Assembly (NCBI GenBank): GCA_038087875.1
Contig: CM075984.1
Coordinates: 33,666,001 to 33,730,000, forward strand
Origin: Malacoraja senta
Taxonomy: Eukaryota
DNA length: 64,000 nt
Direction: 5' to 3'
Shown here: positions 26,040 through 39,962 of the stretch, piece by piece
How positions within the stretch are numbered: the first letter of the stretch is position 1
How the letters are laid out: each line of letters begins with the position of its first letter
Program-made: the position numbers and the translations under genes
The notes under the pieces: model-generated
Told to the model about the DNA's origin: nothing
Database searches by the model: none
Seen by the model: only the letters and a program-made list of their open reading frames with translations

Positions 26040-28330
26040 TAAGAGTCATAGCACTATCCAGCATGGTGACAGGTCTTTCAGCCATGCCAACCAATTTGCC
26101 TAGGCTGGTCCCATTTGCCTGCATTTGGCCCATGTCCCTCTAAACGCATCCTAACCGTATATCTGTTCAAATATCTTTTGAAAGTTGTATTGATATGCAC
26201 CTTTAGTTTCTTTTGGCAACTTAATCCAGAAACAGACCACACTCTGAATGAAAAAAATGCCCTCAGGGCTCTCTTAAATATTTCCCCTCTCTTAAGTAGG
26301 TATGTTACAAAACTTACCTTCAGTCGCGCTGTAATTCTGCCACTGGCCGTGTGCGCGATTTTGGCGCCTTTAAGGGGGGGGCGGGGTTAAAACGCGGGTT
26401 TCTCCCTTGTCCTGGAAATATTTTGTTGGAGTACAAAACTTCGCTGACAAAATCGTTCCTACCGGCGATTTGTGAATTTTTTTTTAAAATTAAATCGTCA
26501 ATGTCAGCGCTAGAGTCATTTTAAAAGCAGCTCCTGAAGCGTCAACGCCAATAACGGGGACGGATTTCACACAATGGACAGGTAAACAAAAGTGCTTTCT
26601 TTAAATGTATAAAAGTGCTTCTTAAGAAGCCTTTAATTCACATTTTGTCATGCGACACGGTGATTTTATTCCCCGAATTAACGGCAGTATTTTTCATGCC
26701 AATACGGGGTTAAATTCACCGCAAATCAACGTTCCAAAAGATCGCGTTCCAGTAATTCTCACTCGCAAGATGAATTAAATCCCCATTAATTTACAGGTAT
26801 TAAACATTCAATTCCTTCCATTTGGCCTGTAAATTCATGAAAATTAGATTTAAAAATTATGTTATATTGTGAATTATTGTGTGAATGTTATTTGGACACA
26901 GGCTATTTAAAAATGTTAATCTATTCTTAAGATATTGATAGATGTTTAGATCTAGTAATTGAATTTTGTAATTAGCTACAATTAGGTAACTAACTAATTA
27001 TATGCTTTACTTTCATGTCTTCGAAGTAAGATTGTTTCATATTTGTTTCAGAATGCTTCAATCTATAATACCTGAAAATTTCTTTCAGTTACCATAATTT
27101 TTAAGAAAGTTATGGGCTTTTAACTGTCCTCGATCACAGCTTTTGTGTTAAGTCAATGGAAAAGCAATAGGGAACTAGATGCTAATTTCTGAGTATGATA
27201 ATGGCCATAACTTTTTTAATACTGAAGATATGAAAGTGAATTAAGTGTCAAATTAAACTTCTTTTTATGCTTTATCTGATGGGATAAATTGCAGACTTTA
27301 TTTTTTAAATCTCAAAATTTTGTAACATTGCTATCTTAAGCACTCTAGTTTTATAATCCTCTACTCTGGGGGAGAAAAAGACTGCAAGCGTTCACTTCAT
27401 CCATATTCTTGATGATTTTGGGTACTTCAATAAGGTTGCCCCTCAGCCTCCTACACTACATAGAAGAATGTCCCAGTTTATCCAGCTTCTCCCTATCACT
27501 CAATCTCTTCTTCACACTTTCCATCTTAATGACATTCTTCCTATAGCTAGGCAACCAGACTGTATGTCTACAGTGTGGCCTCACCAACGACTCGTACAGC
27601 TGTATCATGATGTCCCAACTTTTGTACTCAATACCTTTCCAATGAATACAAGTGTGGCACATGCATTCTTCACCATCTTGTCCGCCTGAACTGCCGCTTG
27701 CAGGGAAGCATGCACCTGTACTCTTAAAATTCTTTGTTCTACAACACTTTGTAGGGTTCTACCATTTATTGTGTAAATCCTGCTCTGGTTTGACAAATTA
27801 AAATACAATACCTCACATATGTCAGAGTTAAATTCTATAATTAATGTAAATTGTGAAAAATTGCAGGTCAAGATCTGATTCTACAGCACTCCGCTAGTTA
27901 CCGTCTTCCAGTCTGAAAAGGATCCATTTAATGTAACTCTTCGTTTTCTATCCGTGCTAACACACATCTTCCAGTAATTTGGGCTTTAATGTATGTGCCA
28001 GCCTTTTTATGTGGTACCTTATCAAATGAATTTTTGAAATCTAAATATAGTGCATCTACAGGTTTCCCTCGATCAACTCATTCTGCTACATCCTCAAAGA
28101 ATTAGAACAAGGTTGTCAATCTTGATTTACCTTTCATGCTCACTAGGTTTAATTATATTCAGGTTCCCTAAATGGTTACCTGTTTCTTTTTTGATGATTA
28201 GCTCCAGCATCTTGTTCATTAAAGCTGTTAAACTAACAGGCCTGTAGTTCCTGGCCTTCTGCTTATTTCCTTTTTAGACCAAGGCAGTCACATTGGTGTT
28301 TTCCAATCCTCTGGTACGTCCTGGAGTTTA
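26040..28330 (-). mobile_element. Decayed CR1 LINE split by the TTAA element
   Basis: Minus-strand peptide IQLYESLVRPH; the CR1 sequence resumes after 27339. Confidence 0.75.
26296..27335. mobile_element. Non-autonomous DNA transposon with TTAA TSD (Kolobok-like)
   Basis: ttaa|gtaggtatgttacaaaa ... ttttgtaacattgctatc|ttaa; splits a CR1 remnant. Confidence 0.75.
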
Positions 28331-28425
28331 GCCAGTTATGAACAGAGGAGAAATTAAAACATATTAACAAAAGATAAAGAAGTGGAAATGTCCACATGGT
28401 CTTTTGTGTTTTCCTCCCTCCCTTA

Positions 28426-28605
28426 CAGTGGCTTGCAAAAGTTTTCATACCCCTTGAACTTTTCCACATTTTGTCACGTTACAACCACAAACATAAATGT
28501 ATTTTATTGGGATTTTATGTGATAGACCAACACAAAGTGGTGCATAATTGTGAAGTGGAAGGAAAATGATACATGGTTTTCAATTTTTTTTTACAAATAA
28601 AAAAC
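28426..28605. mobile_element. Tc1-family terminal inverted repeat fragment
   Basis: ta|cagtggcttgcaaaagttttcataccccttgaacttttccacattttgtcac, a typical Tc1 terminus. Confidence 0.8.
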
Positions 28606-28836
28606 GACATGAGCATTGTCACAGCTCTTTATTTAGCTTCATTGTGTCATTTTCTGTGTGTGTTTTTCACTTCCCCATAAGTACTGTTTGCCTCAACCAT
28701 TTGTTAGCACTCTTGGGACATGGAAGTTTCCTCAGATTTTTTCCCTGACTTTATTAGTTATTGCTGTTATGTTAGATTTCTTTTGTTTGGCTGCATATTG
28801 TATGTGTAACTAAGAGTGTCTGTTACCCACCCACAG

Positions 28837-29092
28837 GTGGTTGGGATTCCAGTGGGTTCAACCTTGCAGCCAGTGGTGAAGCAGGCAGTGGCACTGAGCG
28901 GGGGTCAGATCATTGTTGCCAAACCAGGCACTACGGTTGCTCGAGCTGTTGGACAGAAGCAGATTGTGGCTCAGGGTGTGGCGAAGGCTGTGGTGAGCGG
29001 AGCAAGTGGAACCATTGTGGCTCAGCCTGTACAGGCAGTCAGCAAAGCTCAGAGTTCATCGATTATGCAGAAATCAGGATCGCAAAGCTCAG
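28837..29092 (+). CDS. YEATS2: YEATS2 exon (VVGIPVGS...QGVAKAVVSG...QKSGSQSS)
   Basis: ccacag| and |gtaagg, 256 nt, phase 0-1. Lies within ORF 28816-29118 and matches YEATS2 VKQAVAISGGQI...QGVAKA. Confidence 0.94.
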
Positions 29093-30089
29093 GTAAGGAG
29101 AGAAACCCATCTTTGTAGCTTAAAGGGCGAGTGTCAACAATGATTTTTAATTGGACGATGGTGACTTCCACTGTCACAGCTATTCTGAAAGAGTGGTGTT
29201 GCTGAAGTAGTACATCTGAGAATCAGGATTACTTTCGCTAGCTGTTGGCCGTACATGTAAATTTAACCCATTAGGATAGCTGTGATGTGCAAAGGTATTA
29301 CCTTCTTCGCGTACTTAGGTTGCCCTTATTCACAATAGCCTGGATACTTGCACTTGCACAGATTTCAGCTTTTACCTCCAATTATTTAAAGCCGAGTTGT
29401 TCTTAATATCTGCTCAGTTTTCATACGTAAATGCAAATAATATTGACGTTGAGTAATGGTTAAACCAGGCAAGATCCTGGTTCATGCTGGATGCATCCCC
29501 TTCTGGAGGGTTACTGCTTCAACTTGGTTCTGGCAATAGAAATAATGGTTGGACTCTGCTTCAACGATCCCAGTTTGTACCTTGAGTTCATATTAGATTC
29601 ACCAACGGCTGGATATAGAGTATTGCAAGAATATATTATGAACATTTTAAATGTTATTGATATCAAAAGGACAGATTTGTGATTAAAGAAGTAATTCAGC
29701 ATGACCTTGAATACATTTGAGAGCCATTGGAGGTGGCAGTAGCCGTATAATGTGCAGGACAGTGCAAGGCAAATGGTTGCAGGATTATGAAGGGAGAATG
29801 AGGGCATGGGACTTAAATGGGAAGCTTTCAAAGTGACCTAATGGCCGCTTCTTGAGTTCTATGAATTGGAGGACAAAAATCTTTATAACATTTGTAAAGT
29901 TTAAGGCAAACAAAAATGAATCCAAAAGTATTTATTTGACATGCAATGAGGAAAGCGGTTGTACAAGGAGTAATGGGCCCGATGAGACACCAGAAAATGG
30001 AAATTTTCTCATGGAGATTGAATATTTCATATCACCCAAGCCAAGGTAGGTGGTAGTGCTGGATTTCCAGCAAAAGAAAATGTAATTAA

Positions 30090-31440
30090 GTTTCTGAATG
30101 GGCTGAAAATTGATAAAGGTTTACTGCATTTAAATTTTTTGCATACAATCACCTGGTCTAGATTGGATGCACTCCAGGTTGCTAAAAGAAGTGAGGGAGG
30201 AAATTGGTGGCCCTGGCCATAATTTTCCCAACGTGTGTAGATTTAACAGGTGTGTTTATTCAGAAAAGATGTAAGGATAAAACGGCAAAGAATTGATAAG
30301 AAAAATATGGCATATGGTATGTTTGGTCTTCCGAGAAGATATTTGGTAAGGTGCCACAGAAAAAGCTTATTATCTAGATTGAAGGCATAGTGTAAAATAG
30401 GCAGCAGCTATATGCATAGAAACTTGGTTAAGCATCGGGAAACAGAAAATAATCATGAAAGGTTGTGGCTCTGACTGGTGGTATGTGCTTTGGGATCAGG
30501 CTAATGGTTCAATAGTTCTCTATTCTTTATTATCACTAGGCTAGGATCATTGCTTTTGTAACATGTATTAACGAGTTGGATTTGAGTTCACAGGCTCATT
30601 TTCAGAATTTTCAGGTGATGTGAAATTTGGAGGGGTAATGGACTGTGAGGAGGACTTCAAGGAGACTTTAACGGAATGGTGGATTGTGTGGAAAGGTGGA
30701 AGGTGAAAATTAATGCCGAGAAGGAGGCTGAAGTGTGGCATTTTGGTAGGAAGGAAAATAAGAGACAATATAAAGTAGATGGCAGAATTTTCATAAAGAC
30801 ACAAGAAACAAGATTTGGGATATATGTGCATGGATTGTTGAAATTGCGGGGAAGGATGTTACGATGGTTACCAAAGCACATAGGATGTTGGGATTTAAAA
30901 ATAGCAGCACAGGGTAGAAGAGCTAGGAATGAACCTTCCTAAAGCATGCGTTTGGCCACTAGGGTGATATGTATGGTTCTGGGCTCATTGGAAAGTTGTG
31001 TATGTTTGAGAGGTGGTGCAAAAGAGATTTATTAGAATGATTCCATGAACTTTAGTTATGTGAATAGAATTTGGTGCTTTTTGAATAGAGAAGGTTGCAA
31101 GAGGATCTGATAAAGATATTTTAAGTCATGAAGGGTATAAATAGCGATGGAGAGAATGAAACTGTTCCCAGTGGCAGAAGGGTCAATAATTATGGCAAGT
31201 AACGTGAACATGATTGACAAAAGAATTGAATGTAAAATGAGGAGTGAATGAGTGTTTGGGGTCTGGATTACATTGCCAGAAAAGTAGTGGGGGTTGATTC
31301 AGTTGTTCTCTTCAAAAGGGAGTTGGAAGGAAGAATTTGCAAGGAGAGGGCAGGAGATAGATTCTAGCTGGATTGTTCTTCATTGAATCTGGTAAGTTCA
31401 TGAGCTGAATGGTGTGTTTCCATGCTGTGACCATGCTATG
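30090..31440 (+). mobile_element. Decayed CR1 LINE
   Basis: ERWKVKINAEK..VWHFGRKE and GIYVH remnants. Confidence 0.75.
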
Positions 31441-32232
31441 AAAAGTAAATTATTTTATACTTGGCCTTTTTCACTACTTTTGCATATGTGAATGGGTTTA
31501 AAGGTGCAGCAGCAATGGATAGATTGTAAATACTAGGGAAACTAACTAGGGAAACCAACACTGCATTGTTGGTTTCTATGTCGAGTCCATTGTTAGAGTG
31601 CAGTCTAAAAATCTCTGATGATCAGCTTAGAAGTTTTAGACCAAAGCATTTCTGCTAGACTCCTGAAATTCCACACAGTCATGGAGGTTCTGCATAAAAC
31701 TGACAGCATTTCTGTAGACAATCCAAGCCAGTATTCTGTTGCTATCCATGAGCGTTGGAGGTCTATTGGTAACACAGTCATCTGAATTGGTCACCAACAA
31801 GTAGCTCATGTTTGCCATTTGCCAATGGAGAAAATGCCATTTATTTTGTGCATTTTGAATGGTGTCAACTTGTGCTCCTAAGGCTTCCTGGAACATCAAT
31901 AGCAAGGCTTTGCTCAGCATTAGGGTCTTCCACATTGTTATGCACATGAAGGAGGCCTTGTCCCTGAAGTAGCTAAGTGAAGGTTTGACAAGATGACTGA
32001 ACACGCGTTATCAAGGCTTAGCTGACCATTAAATGTATCAGAATCATTGAATGTTTAACATAATTAAATAAAGCATAATCATATATATAAAATCATATAT
32101 AAAATATATGTATAACACATGAGGTATACTACTGTATAAAACTGTGTATATATTATACAGGTAAGGATGGAATGCTTTCAGAAACTCGGGGAAACCAGGA
32201 AATTCATTTATAGCCCAGCGATATGATAATTG

Positions 32233-32432
32233 AAAGATAGATACAAAATGCTGGTATAACTCAGCGGCTCAGGCAGCATCTCTGGAGAAAATGGATAGGT
32301 GACATTTCAGGTCGGGACCCTTCATCAGAAGAAGGTCTGAAGAAGGGTCATGACTGGACACGTCACCTATCTATTTTGTCCAGAGATGTTGCCTCACTCG
32401 CTGGGTTACTCCAGCGTTTTGTATGTATCTTT
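32233..32432. repeat. Palindromic Penelope-terminus element
   Basis: Inverted arms aagatagatacaaaatgctgg...ccagcgttttgtatgtatctt; minus-strand core CUGAUGA-A-GGGUCCCGACCU-GAAAUGUC. Confidence 0.85.
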
Positions 32433-35084
32433 GGTATAAACCAGCACCTACAGTCTATTTTAAATATGTTTTAGTTGCTCTGGCTCTGTCCTCTTTGTTT
32501 TTGGCACAATGTCAACATTGCACATTATAAGATCAAGAAATAGCATCTTATCTTGGTATCTTTGGCAAATAGGTCCTTCGGAGCATAATTGAATTCAACA
32601 ATTTTAGGGAACCAGACTGTCTCGTTTCTATCATCATTGGCATATTCCGATGCAACGTTATCAGCCTGTGATGTTATCTCTGCATTTCTCTCTCTCTGGT
32701 TGATGCCTAATTTGTTTTGTATTTCAGCATTTTAACACCTGCAGTGTTTAGAATTGCTTTTTTTAAATCACTTCACAGCTTTCAGTCATTTTATATTTGC
32801 ACCTAACCCAGGAGGATTTATTAATAATTAACAAGCTATCATCTTCCTTAAAGCCGTATTCCATTTATTCCCTGTAATTTAAAACCTGTCAGATTTCAGA
32901 TTTTTTAAATAATTCTGACAAAATGTTATTAATGCTATTAACTAAAAACAAAATATTTGGAAATATTTGGCAGGTCAGGCAAAAGAGGAAAACAGTTAAT
33001 CTTTCAGATCCATGACTTTTCCTCTGCATTGTTCTCATGAAGGGTCATCAACTTGAAACTTCAGCTCAGTTCCTCGCTTTAAATATGCTGCTTGTATTTA
33101 CAGCATTTTAATTTCATATTTCTAACATGTGTAGGTTTTTTCATTTATATTCCTGGAGACTTGTTCCTATGATCTGTTTCTTAATAATTGTGTAACTAAA
33201 ATGTCACAACAGCAGACTCATCGAACAAGATTTTTAAAGTCTAGACCCCTTAGGTGGTTTTGTATGGAGCCAGCTCCATATTGACTCAGTTCTTACTTGA
33301 TACTGTTTTTAACTACGATGATACAATGGCAAGGAGGAAAATAGAAATTATCATTGTTTAAAGCATGCCCCTTGATTCTTTAAAGAAAATAGTGAGTTAC
33401 ACTAGATACTGGGTGTAGCCAAGATGGAATTTGTAATGATGTGCATTGCCTTGTGATTGCGTCAGCCTTTTAGGGGAACCACCACTAAACTCCTGGCACA
33501 AGTACTTTGTTTTGGGAGTCAGCACCTTTCAGGAGAGAGGTCGGAAAAAAGACAGATATTAACAGATTGTTTGTACACAGTTTTACCTCATTCTACTCTC
33601 CGCGCTTGAATGCATTGATTTGCGTTGACCACAATTCAAGATAAGACAACCCATTGCCAGGGCAAGAGCTCATTGAGTGTTGAGAGGCTCAGTGCACATT
33701 CTCATTTATTTATTATCTCTTCCTTGTTCTCTCACTCTCATACATACACACATATTCTCCCTGCACGATAATCTATTCCACACAAACAGACAACATTTCC
33801 CCAAACATATTTCAACGAATTAGGCATGTTTAGTTAATACCAATACAGGAATACAAGGTCAAGTGGTTCTCTACAGATGGTAATCTGACCCTACTACTCA
33901 GTGCCATGTTGGATGATATGTGTATGGCACTGAGCCATTGGCCGGATGACTAAAATAACGTTGGAGTACAATGGCTGGTAAAGTCCTTTAAGATCACCAT
34001 GAAAAAGGTTGGATGTAGGATAAGTTACTTAGACATCTGCACATTCATGAGAAAGATTCTCTGACAAGTAATCATAAGTAGCCCATTGTAAGATAATGAA
34101 TTTTGATCAGTCATCCAATGTAGTGGATACTTCTGACTTCTTCCTAGCTTAAATTTGGCCTCATCCCCAAGGAGGACAATCATATTCTCCACAACGTATG
34201 GGAAAATGTTCTAACCCCACCAGAGAGGAGATTATATAAGCACATTATTAGCAATTTTAGTGGTTAAATCTACTCTCTTTAGTGGTTAAATCTAAAAGGC
34301 CGCCGGACAAGTACATGGATTGGAAAGGTTTAGAGGGATATGGGCCAAATGCAGGGTTTCCATACTGTTTCCATGCTGTGTGACTATGAACTCCAATACC
34401 TATTGTGAATAAATACAGCATTTTAACCAGTAAATCTGGTATGTCAACTGATGTTATCACAATAATATTATTACCAGGAAGTATTTTTGGGCAATGTCTC
34501 CTTGATCACGCATCAGGAGAGAACAATGAAATGTCAGGTCTTTCTTCATATTCAGCCAAATGTATGTCGAATCTCCTGAGATCTAATATCACATGAAGTA
34601 ATGCAACGTCACTATTTGTATGGTGATTTTATTTTCCCGTTTTTAAACGTCAGAGGTCTTTTGAACATTAAACGGTTGTTTGCCTCTTGACATTTACACA
34701 TGCGACTTCTGAATTCATCACCACTTCTGACACTATGTGCAAAGTACTTATGATGCAGAGTCATTGTATATCATAAGTACTTTGCTTTGGATACATACAG
34801 AGACCATCGAGATGAGTACTGGCGGCTCTGAATCGTAAGTTAAACTAAAAGCAACACGGCTGCCCGCATGCCGTGGTGGTGTGGAAAACCTGACATGGAT
34901 TATGGATCCGCTCATCAGCAGCAAAACCAGACGGATCAAATCAGCAATACTGTTTGATCTACACTAAATACATTTTAGGCCCTAAATACTGTTTAGGGCC
35001 TAAAATCCGACGGGCTATCTACTGGTATATCGCCAGTTATCTGGAGTCTATGGCAACGGTCAGCAGATAATCATTGATTTGTCC

Positions 35085-35760
35085 TTAACAGTGTTGGGCG
35101 ATGAGTCAGACTATAGAAGTGAGATCGACCGACTGACCAAATGTGCTAGCACAACAACCTGGCTCTCAATATTAGTAAAACCAAAGAACTGATTGTGGAC
35201 TTTGGAAGAGGAAGGTTGAGGACCCACAATCCTGTTTACATCAATGGGACGATGGAGAGAGTCAAAAAGTTCAAATTCCTGGGCGTGCATATTTCCGAAG
35301 ATCTTTCCTAGACCCAGCACACTGATGCAATTATAAGGAAAGCACATCAGCGCCTCTACTTCCTGAGAAGATTACTGAGATTCGGCATGTCAAAGAGGAT
35401 TCTCTTGAACTTCTACAGGTGCACAGTAGAGAGCATATTGACTGGTTGCATCGTGGCTTGGTTTGGCAACTTGAACATCTGGGAGCGGAAAAGACTGCAA
35501 AAAGTTGTGACCACTGCCCAGGCCATCACCGGCTCTGACCTCCCCCCCCATGGAAGGAACTTATCGTAGTCGCTGCCTCAAAACGGCAGCCAACATCATC
35601 AGAGACCCACAACATCCTGGTCTCACACTCATTTCACCACTGCCATCGGGAAGAAGGTACAGGAGCCTGAAAACTGTAACGTCCAGGTTCAGGAACAGCT
35701 ACTTCCCCACAGCCATCAGGCTATTAAACACTACAACCTCATATAGGCTCTGAACTACAA
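35085..35760 (+). mobile_element. Rex1/Babar-like LINE 3' fragment
   Basis: NFYRCTVESILTGCIVAWFG, DPQHPG..LLPSGRRYRS and RFRNSYFP, typical of the Rex1-type C-terminus. Confidence 0.88.
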
Positions 35761-35796
35761 TAGACTTATTATTGTTGCACTGTTTTGTTTGTTTTT

Positions 35797-35802
35797 TGTG
35801 TA

Positions 35803-35867
<65 letters not shown>

Positions 35868-35868
35868 T
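35797..35868. repeat. Compound microsatellite (TG)n(TA)n(CA)n
   Basis: Read directly from the sequence. Confidence 0.95.
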
Positions 35869-36543
35869 AATATATCTTGACTAATTCTTGTACATCCTGT
35901 TTTGTGTTGTTGATTCTTGTCACATGTTCTCAACCTATTTATTTCTTAATTTGGCATAATTTAAAGGTCATGAAACGTTCAGTTCTTGCAGAATTTGGCA
36001 GTGAACATATTTCAGTTTGGAACCAGTAAAGCTTGTGGTGTTGGCAAGGTGCCAGTTACACGATCGTGTGCCTTAAAAATCAGATTTAATATGGCCTGAT
36101 GCTGTGACCTGCATTAGCTAAATAGCACCATCTGGTGAAGAAAGCTTGTTATTTCAACGTTCAGTGAAACTGTTAATCGAGTACAGTTGGGACTTTGGTG
36201 GTGCCAAACTCCCATCTTTTCCAGACTATTGAAATGTTTTTCTTATTAATACCCCAATGCACATTTAATTCCCTTTTTAAAAATTGTTCCACAGTAGTAT
36301 AATGAATATTCCAGTGACCCTGGTGTGTTTTAAAGGAATGAGGAAATGGGGCTCTATTTATTTGCAAGAGTTCGCAGAAAACAGGGCCATGGCAATCTTC
36401 AAGGGGATGAGACACCAGTGAAATGCAGGAAATATGTCCCTGGTGAGCTTAAAATGATTGCAGGAAGTGGAGTTCTGAGAGTTTAAAAAGAGTTGGAAAC
36501 AGGACCCAGATGAAGTCCAAGTAAATGTGGAAATGTCACTTGG

Positions 36544-37252
36544 ATACATAGATACATAGATACATAGAAAATAGGTGCAGGAGTAGGCCATTCGGCCCTT
36601 CGAGCCTGCACCCCCATTCAATATGATCATGGCTGATCATCCAACTCAGTATCCCGTACCTGCCTTCTCTCCATACCCCCTGATCCCTTTAGCCACAAGG
36701 GCCACATCTAACTCCCTCTTAAATATAGCCAATGAACTGGCATCAACTACCCTCTGTGGCAGAGAGTTCCAGAGATTCACCACTCTCTGTGTGAAAAAGA
36801 TTTTCCTCATCTCGGTCCTAAAGGATTTCCCCCTTATCCTTAAGCTGTGACCCCTTGTCCTGGACTTCCCCAACATCGGGAACAATCTTCCTGCATCTAG
36901 CCTGTCCAACCCCATAAGAATTTTGTACGTTTCTATAAGATCCCCTCTCAATCTCCTAAATTCTAGCGAGTACAAGCCAAGTCTATCCAGTCTTTCTTCA
37001 TATGAAAGTCCTGACATCCCAGGAATCAGTCTGGTGAACCTTCTCTGCACTCCCTCTATGGCTATAATGTCCTTCCTCAGATTTGGAGACCAAAACTGTA
37101 CGCAATACTCCAGGTGTGGTCTCACCAAGACACTGTACAACTGCAGTAGAACCTCCCTGCTCCTATACTCAAATCCTCTTGCTATGAAGGCCAACATACC
37201 ATTCGCTTTCTTCACTGCCTGCTGCACCTGCATGCCTACTTTCAATCTTCAA
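36544..37252 (-). mobile_element. CR1 LINE 3' fragment, nearly identical to 43122-43820
   Basis: ORF 36646-37245 nearly matches the C-terminus of ORF 42440-43723; (tacataga)n tail; possible TSD acttgg. Confidence 0.95.
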
Positions 37253-38344
37253 ACTTGGTGAGCCTTGCTGAATTTTCGGGATATGAATTGTTTGTTATGT
37301 GAGAGGATTGATGTGAAGTAAGGTCCTCTACGCCTTCAGTCTTGATATAGGGTCTTCACCCTGAAACATCAGTTGTCCTTTTCACTCCGTACATTCTTCC
37401 TGACTTGCTGAGTTTTCCACCATTACTTTGCTCCAAATTCTGGCATCCGTAATCTCTTGTGTCCAGATACTAATATTAGTATTGTTGATAGGTACGAGGC
37501 CAACTGGTATTTTGTTAATGAAGTGGGTGGCTCTATTTTTGCTGACATATAAATAAAGGGGAACATTTGTGTTATGTAAACTCAAGGGGCCAGTATGAGT
37601 GTCACACATAAGGCAATATTGGCATTGCTATTTATCTGTAAACAAGCAGTTGTATATGTGTGGTTGGCATTATTATTATCCTTTTTTCCTTGTATGTAAA
37701 TGGGGTCTAGTATCATGTAGACACAAGGAACTGCAGATGCTGATTTACAAAAAAAAAGGCACATAGTGTTGGAGTAATTCAGCAGGTCAGGCAGCATCTC
37801 TGGAGAACATGGATAGGCGACGATTCCAGTCGGGACTCTCCCTCAGACGAGTATCAAAGGGGTCAATAGATTGAATATTGGTTTTAATCAATCTGTTCAG
37901 TTCAGCATTGGAAAGAATGTTAGATAAATGGGTAAATAAATTATGATACATTCGTATAGTGAAAGAAAATTCACTTCATTTAACTTGGAAGAGTCCAGAT
38001 TCTTTTCCATAGTTTTCCTAAATCGCATGATACAGTGACCTTCAATTTTTTTAGATGTTGGCACTTAGATGCTTGCACCACTTGGTCTGAACTTATTTCC
38101 AAAATTCAACAACGGTGCCATCTTTGTTGGGCAAGAAAGATGCGAATTAAGCAAGTTCTTCTGTACATGCTTTAAAATCTCCCCCATTTTTTCCTCTTTG
38201 GTTATTTTTTTCCGAGTTATGTTTGATTATTTGAACTCTCCCATTATACAATGTGTCTTTTGTATATTTCTGCAATTTCCGTGGAAGTGTCTCTTCAGAT
38301 TCTTATCATTAGTTGGCAACCTAAACAATAATTTCTGTAACTTA

Positions 38345-38830
38345 ATCAGAATCAGATCAGAATCACACTTTATTCGCCAAGTATGTTTTGCAACATCATG
38401 TTATGTAACATGATTGACCAGGTCAGTCATACAATTAAAAGTAACAGATCACTTCAAAAACACATTTTAACATGAACATCCACCACAGTGACTCCTACAC
38501 ATACCTCACTGTGATGGAAGGCGAAATATAGTTCAAGTCCTTCCCTTAGTTCTTCCTCGGTCGTGGGCCTCGAGCCCCCGTTGACGGGACGATCTAGACT
38601 CCCGTAGCCTGCGGCGTTCGGACCCTCCGTGTCGAGGCGATCCGCACCCGCATCGAGGGGATGTCAGCTCCCCCGCGCCGGGCGATCGAACCTCGCGTTG
38701 GGGCTGGTGGACCTTCTGCGACATTGGAGCTCCCGACTCGGCCTCTCCCGAGACTGCGAGCCCTTGATGTTAAAGTCTGCGGTGGGAGCGATCCAAGGGA
38801 TCAGCTCCGATGTTAAGTCCGCGCCCCTAT
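38345..38830 (-). mobile_element. Related GC-rich retroposon fragment
   Basis: (atcaga)n tail with tttatt; shares the gactttaacatc motif (as gatgttaaagtc). Confidence 0.55.
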
Positions 38831-38999
38831 GCACCTCTATTATTTCTTAATTCTAAACAGATTGACTTTGCCCCTTTGTCTCAACATATCCTCTTTCTTC
38901 AGCACTGCAATATTCTCCTTAGTGCTGTAACTCTCCAGTCTTCCTTTTCCAACCTTTCCTTAGCACTTTGTATCTCTAAACCCACGATGTGTAAGCAGA

Positions 39000-39700
39000 A
39001 CCAGCCCAGCACCATCTTTAAATTAGCTAATTATACCACCGTCAATGGACAAATAATGTTTAACAACAAGCTTGGGTACAGGAGGGAGATTGGTGGAGTG
39101 GTGCCAGAATAACAATCATGTTCTTTATTTTAGCAACTGAAGAGATAATTGTTGACGTTAGGAAGGGAAAGCTGAGGGAACCATGCACCCGCCTTAATTG
39201 GTGGGAGGATGGTGGAGAGAGTCAACAGTTTCAAGTTTCTTGTTATACACATCTCAGATAATCTGTCCTGGGCCCAGCACATCGATGCAATCAGGAAGAA
39301 AACTCACTAACACCTCTACTCCCTCAGAGGTTTGAGGAGATTTGACATGTCGCCAATTATTCCATTGAATTTCTACCAATGTACAGTGGACAGCATTGTG
39401 ACTAATTACATCACCTCCCAGTTCACCAGATGGAATGCAAATGAATAAAGGAGGCTTCAGATACTAGCAGACGTTGCTTGGTCCATTATGTGTACTGACC
39501 TCCTCACCATCCAAGGAATCTACAGGAAAGGCTGCCTCAACAAGGCAGCTAATATCAATAAAGATCAACATCACCCTATCCATTCACTTTTCTTGTTGCT
39601 ACCATCGGGAAGAAGGCACAGGAAGGAGCCTGTAAATCATTACCTCTAGGTTCAAGATCAGCTTCCTCCGATCAACCATCAGGTTCTTGAACAACCCTCC
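39000..39700 (+). mobile_element. Rex1/Babar-like LINE fragment
   Basis: Homologous to 35085-35760. Confidence 0.8.
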
Positions 39701-39962
39701 CTCAGCTCAGAACAATCCTGCACAACCCTAACCACAGCTCTCAGCTCTGAACCAATACGGACTTTGCACTACAATGGTCATAAGATCATAAGTGATAGAG
39801 CAGAATTAGGCCATTTGGTCCATCAAGTCTACTCTGCCATTCAATCATAGCTGATCTATCTCTCGCTCTTAACCCCATTCTCCTGCCTTCTCCCCATAAC
39901 CCTGACACCCATACTAATCAAGAATCTATCTATCTCTGCCTTAAAAATATCTATTGACTTGA

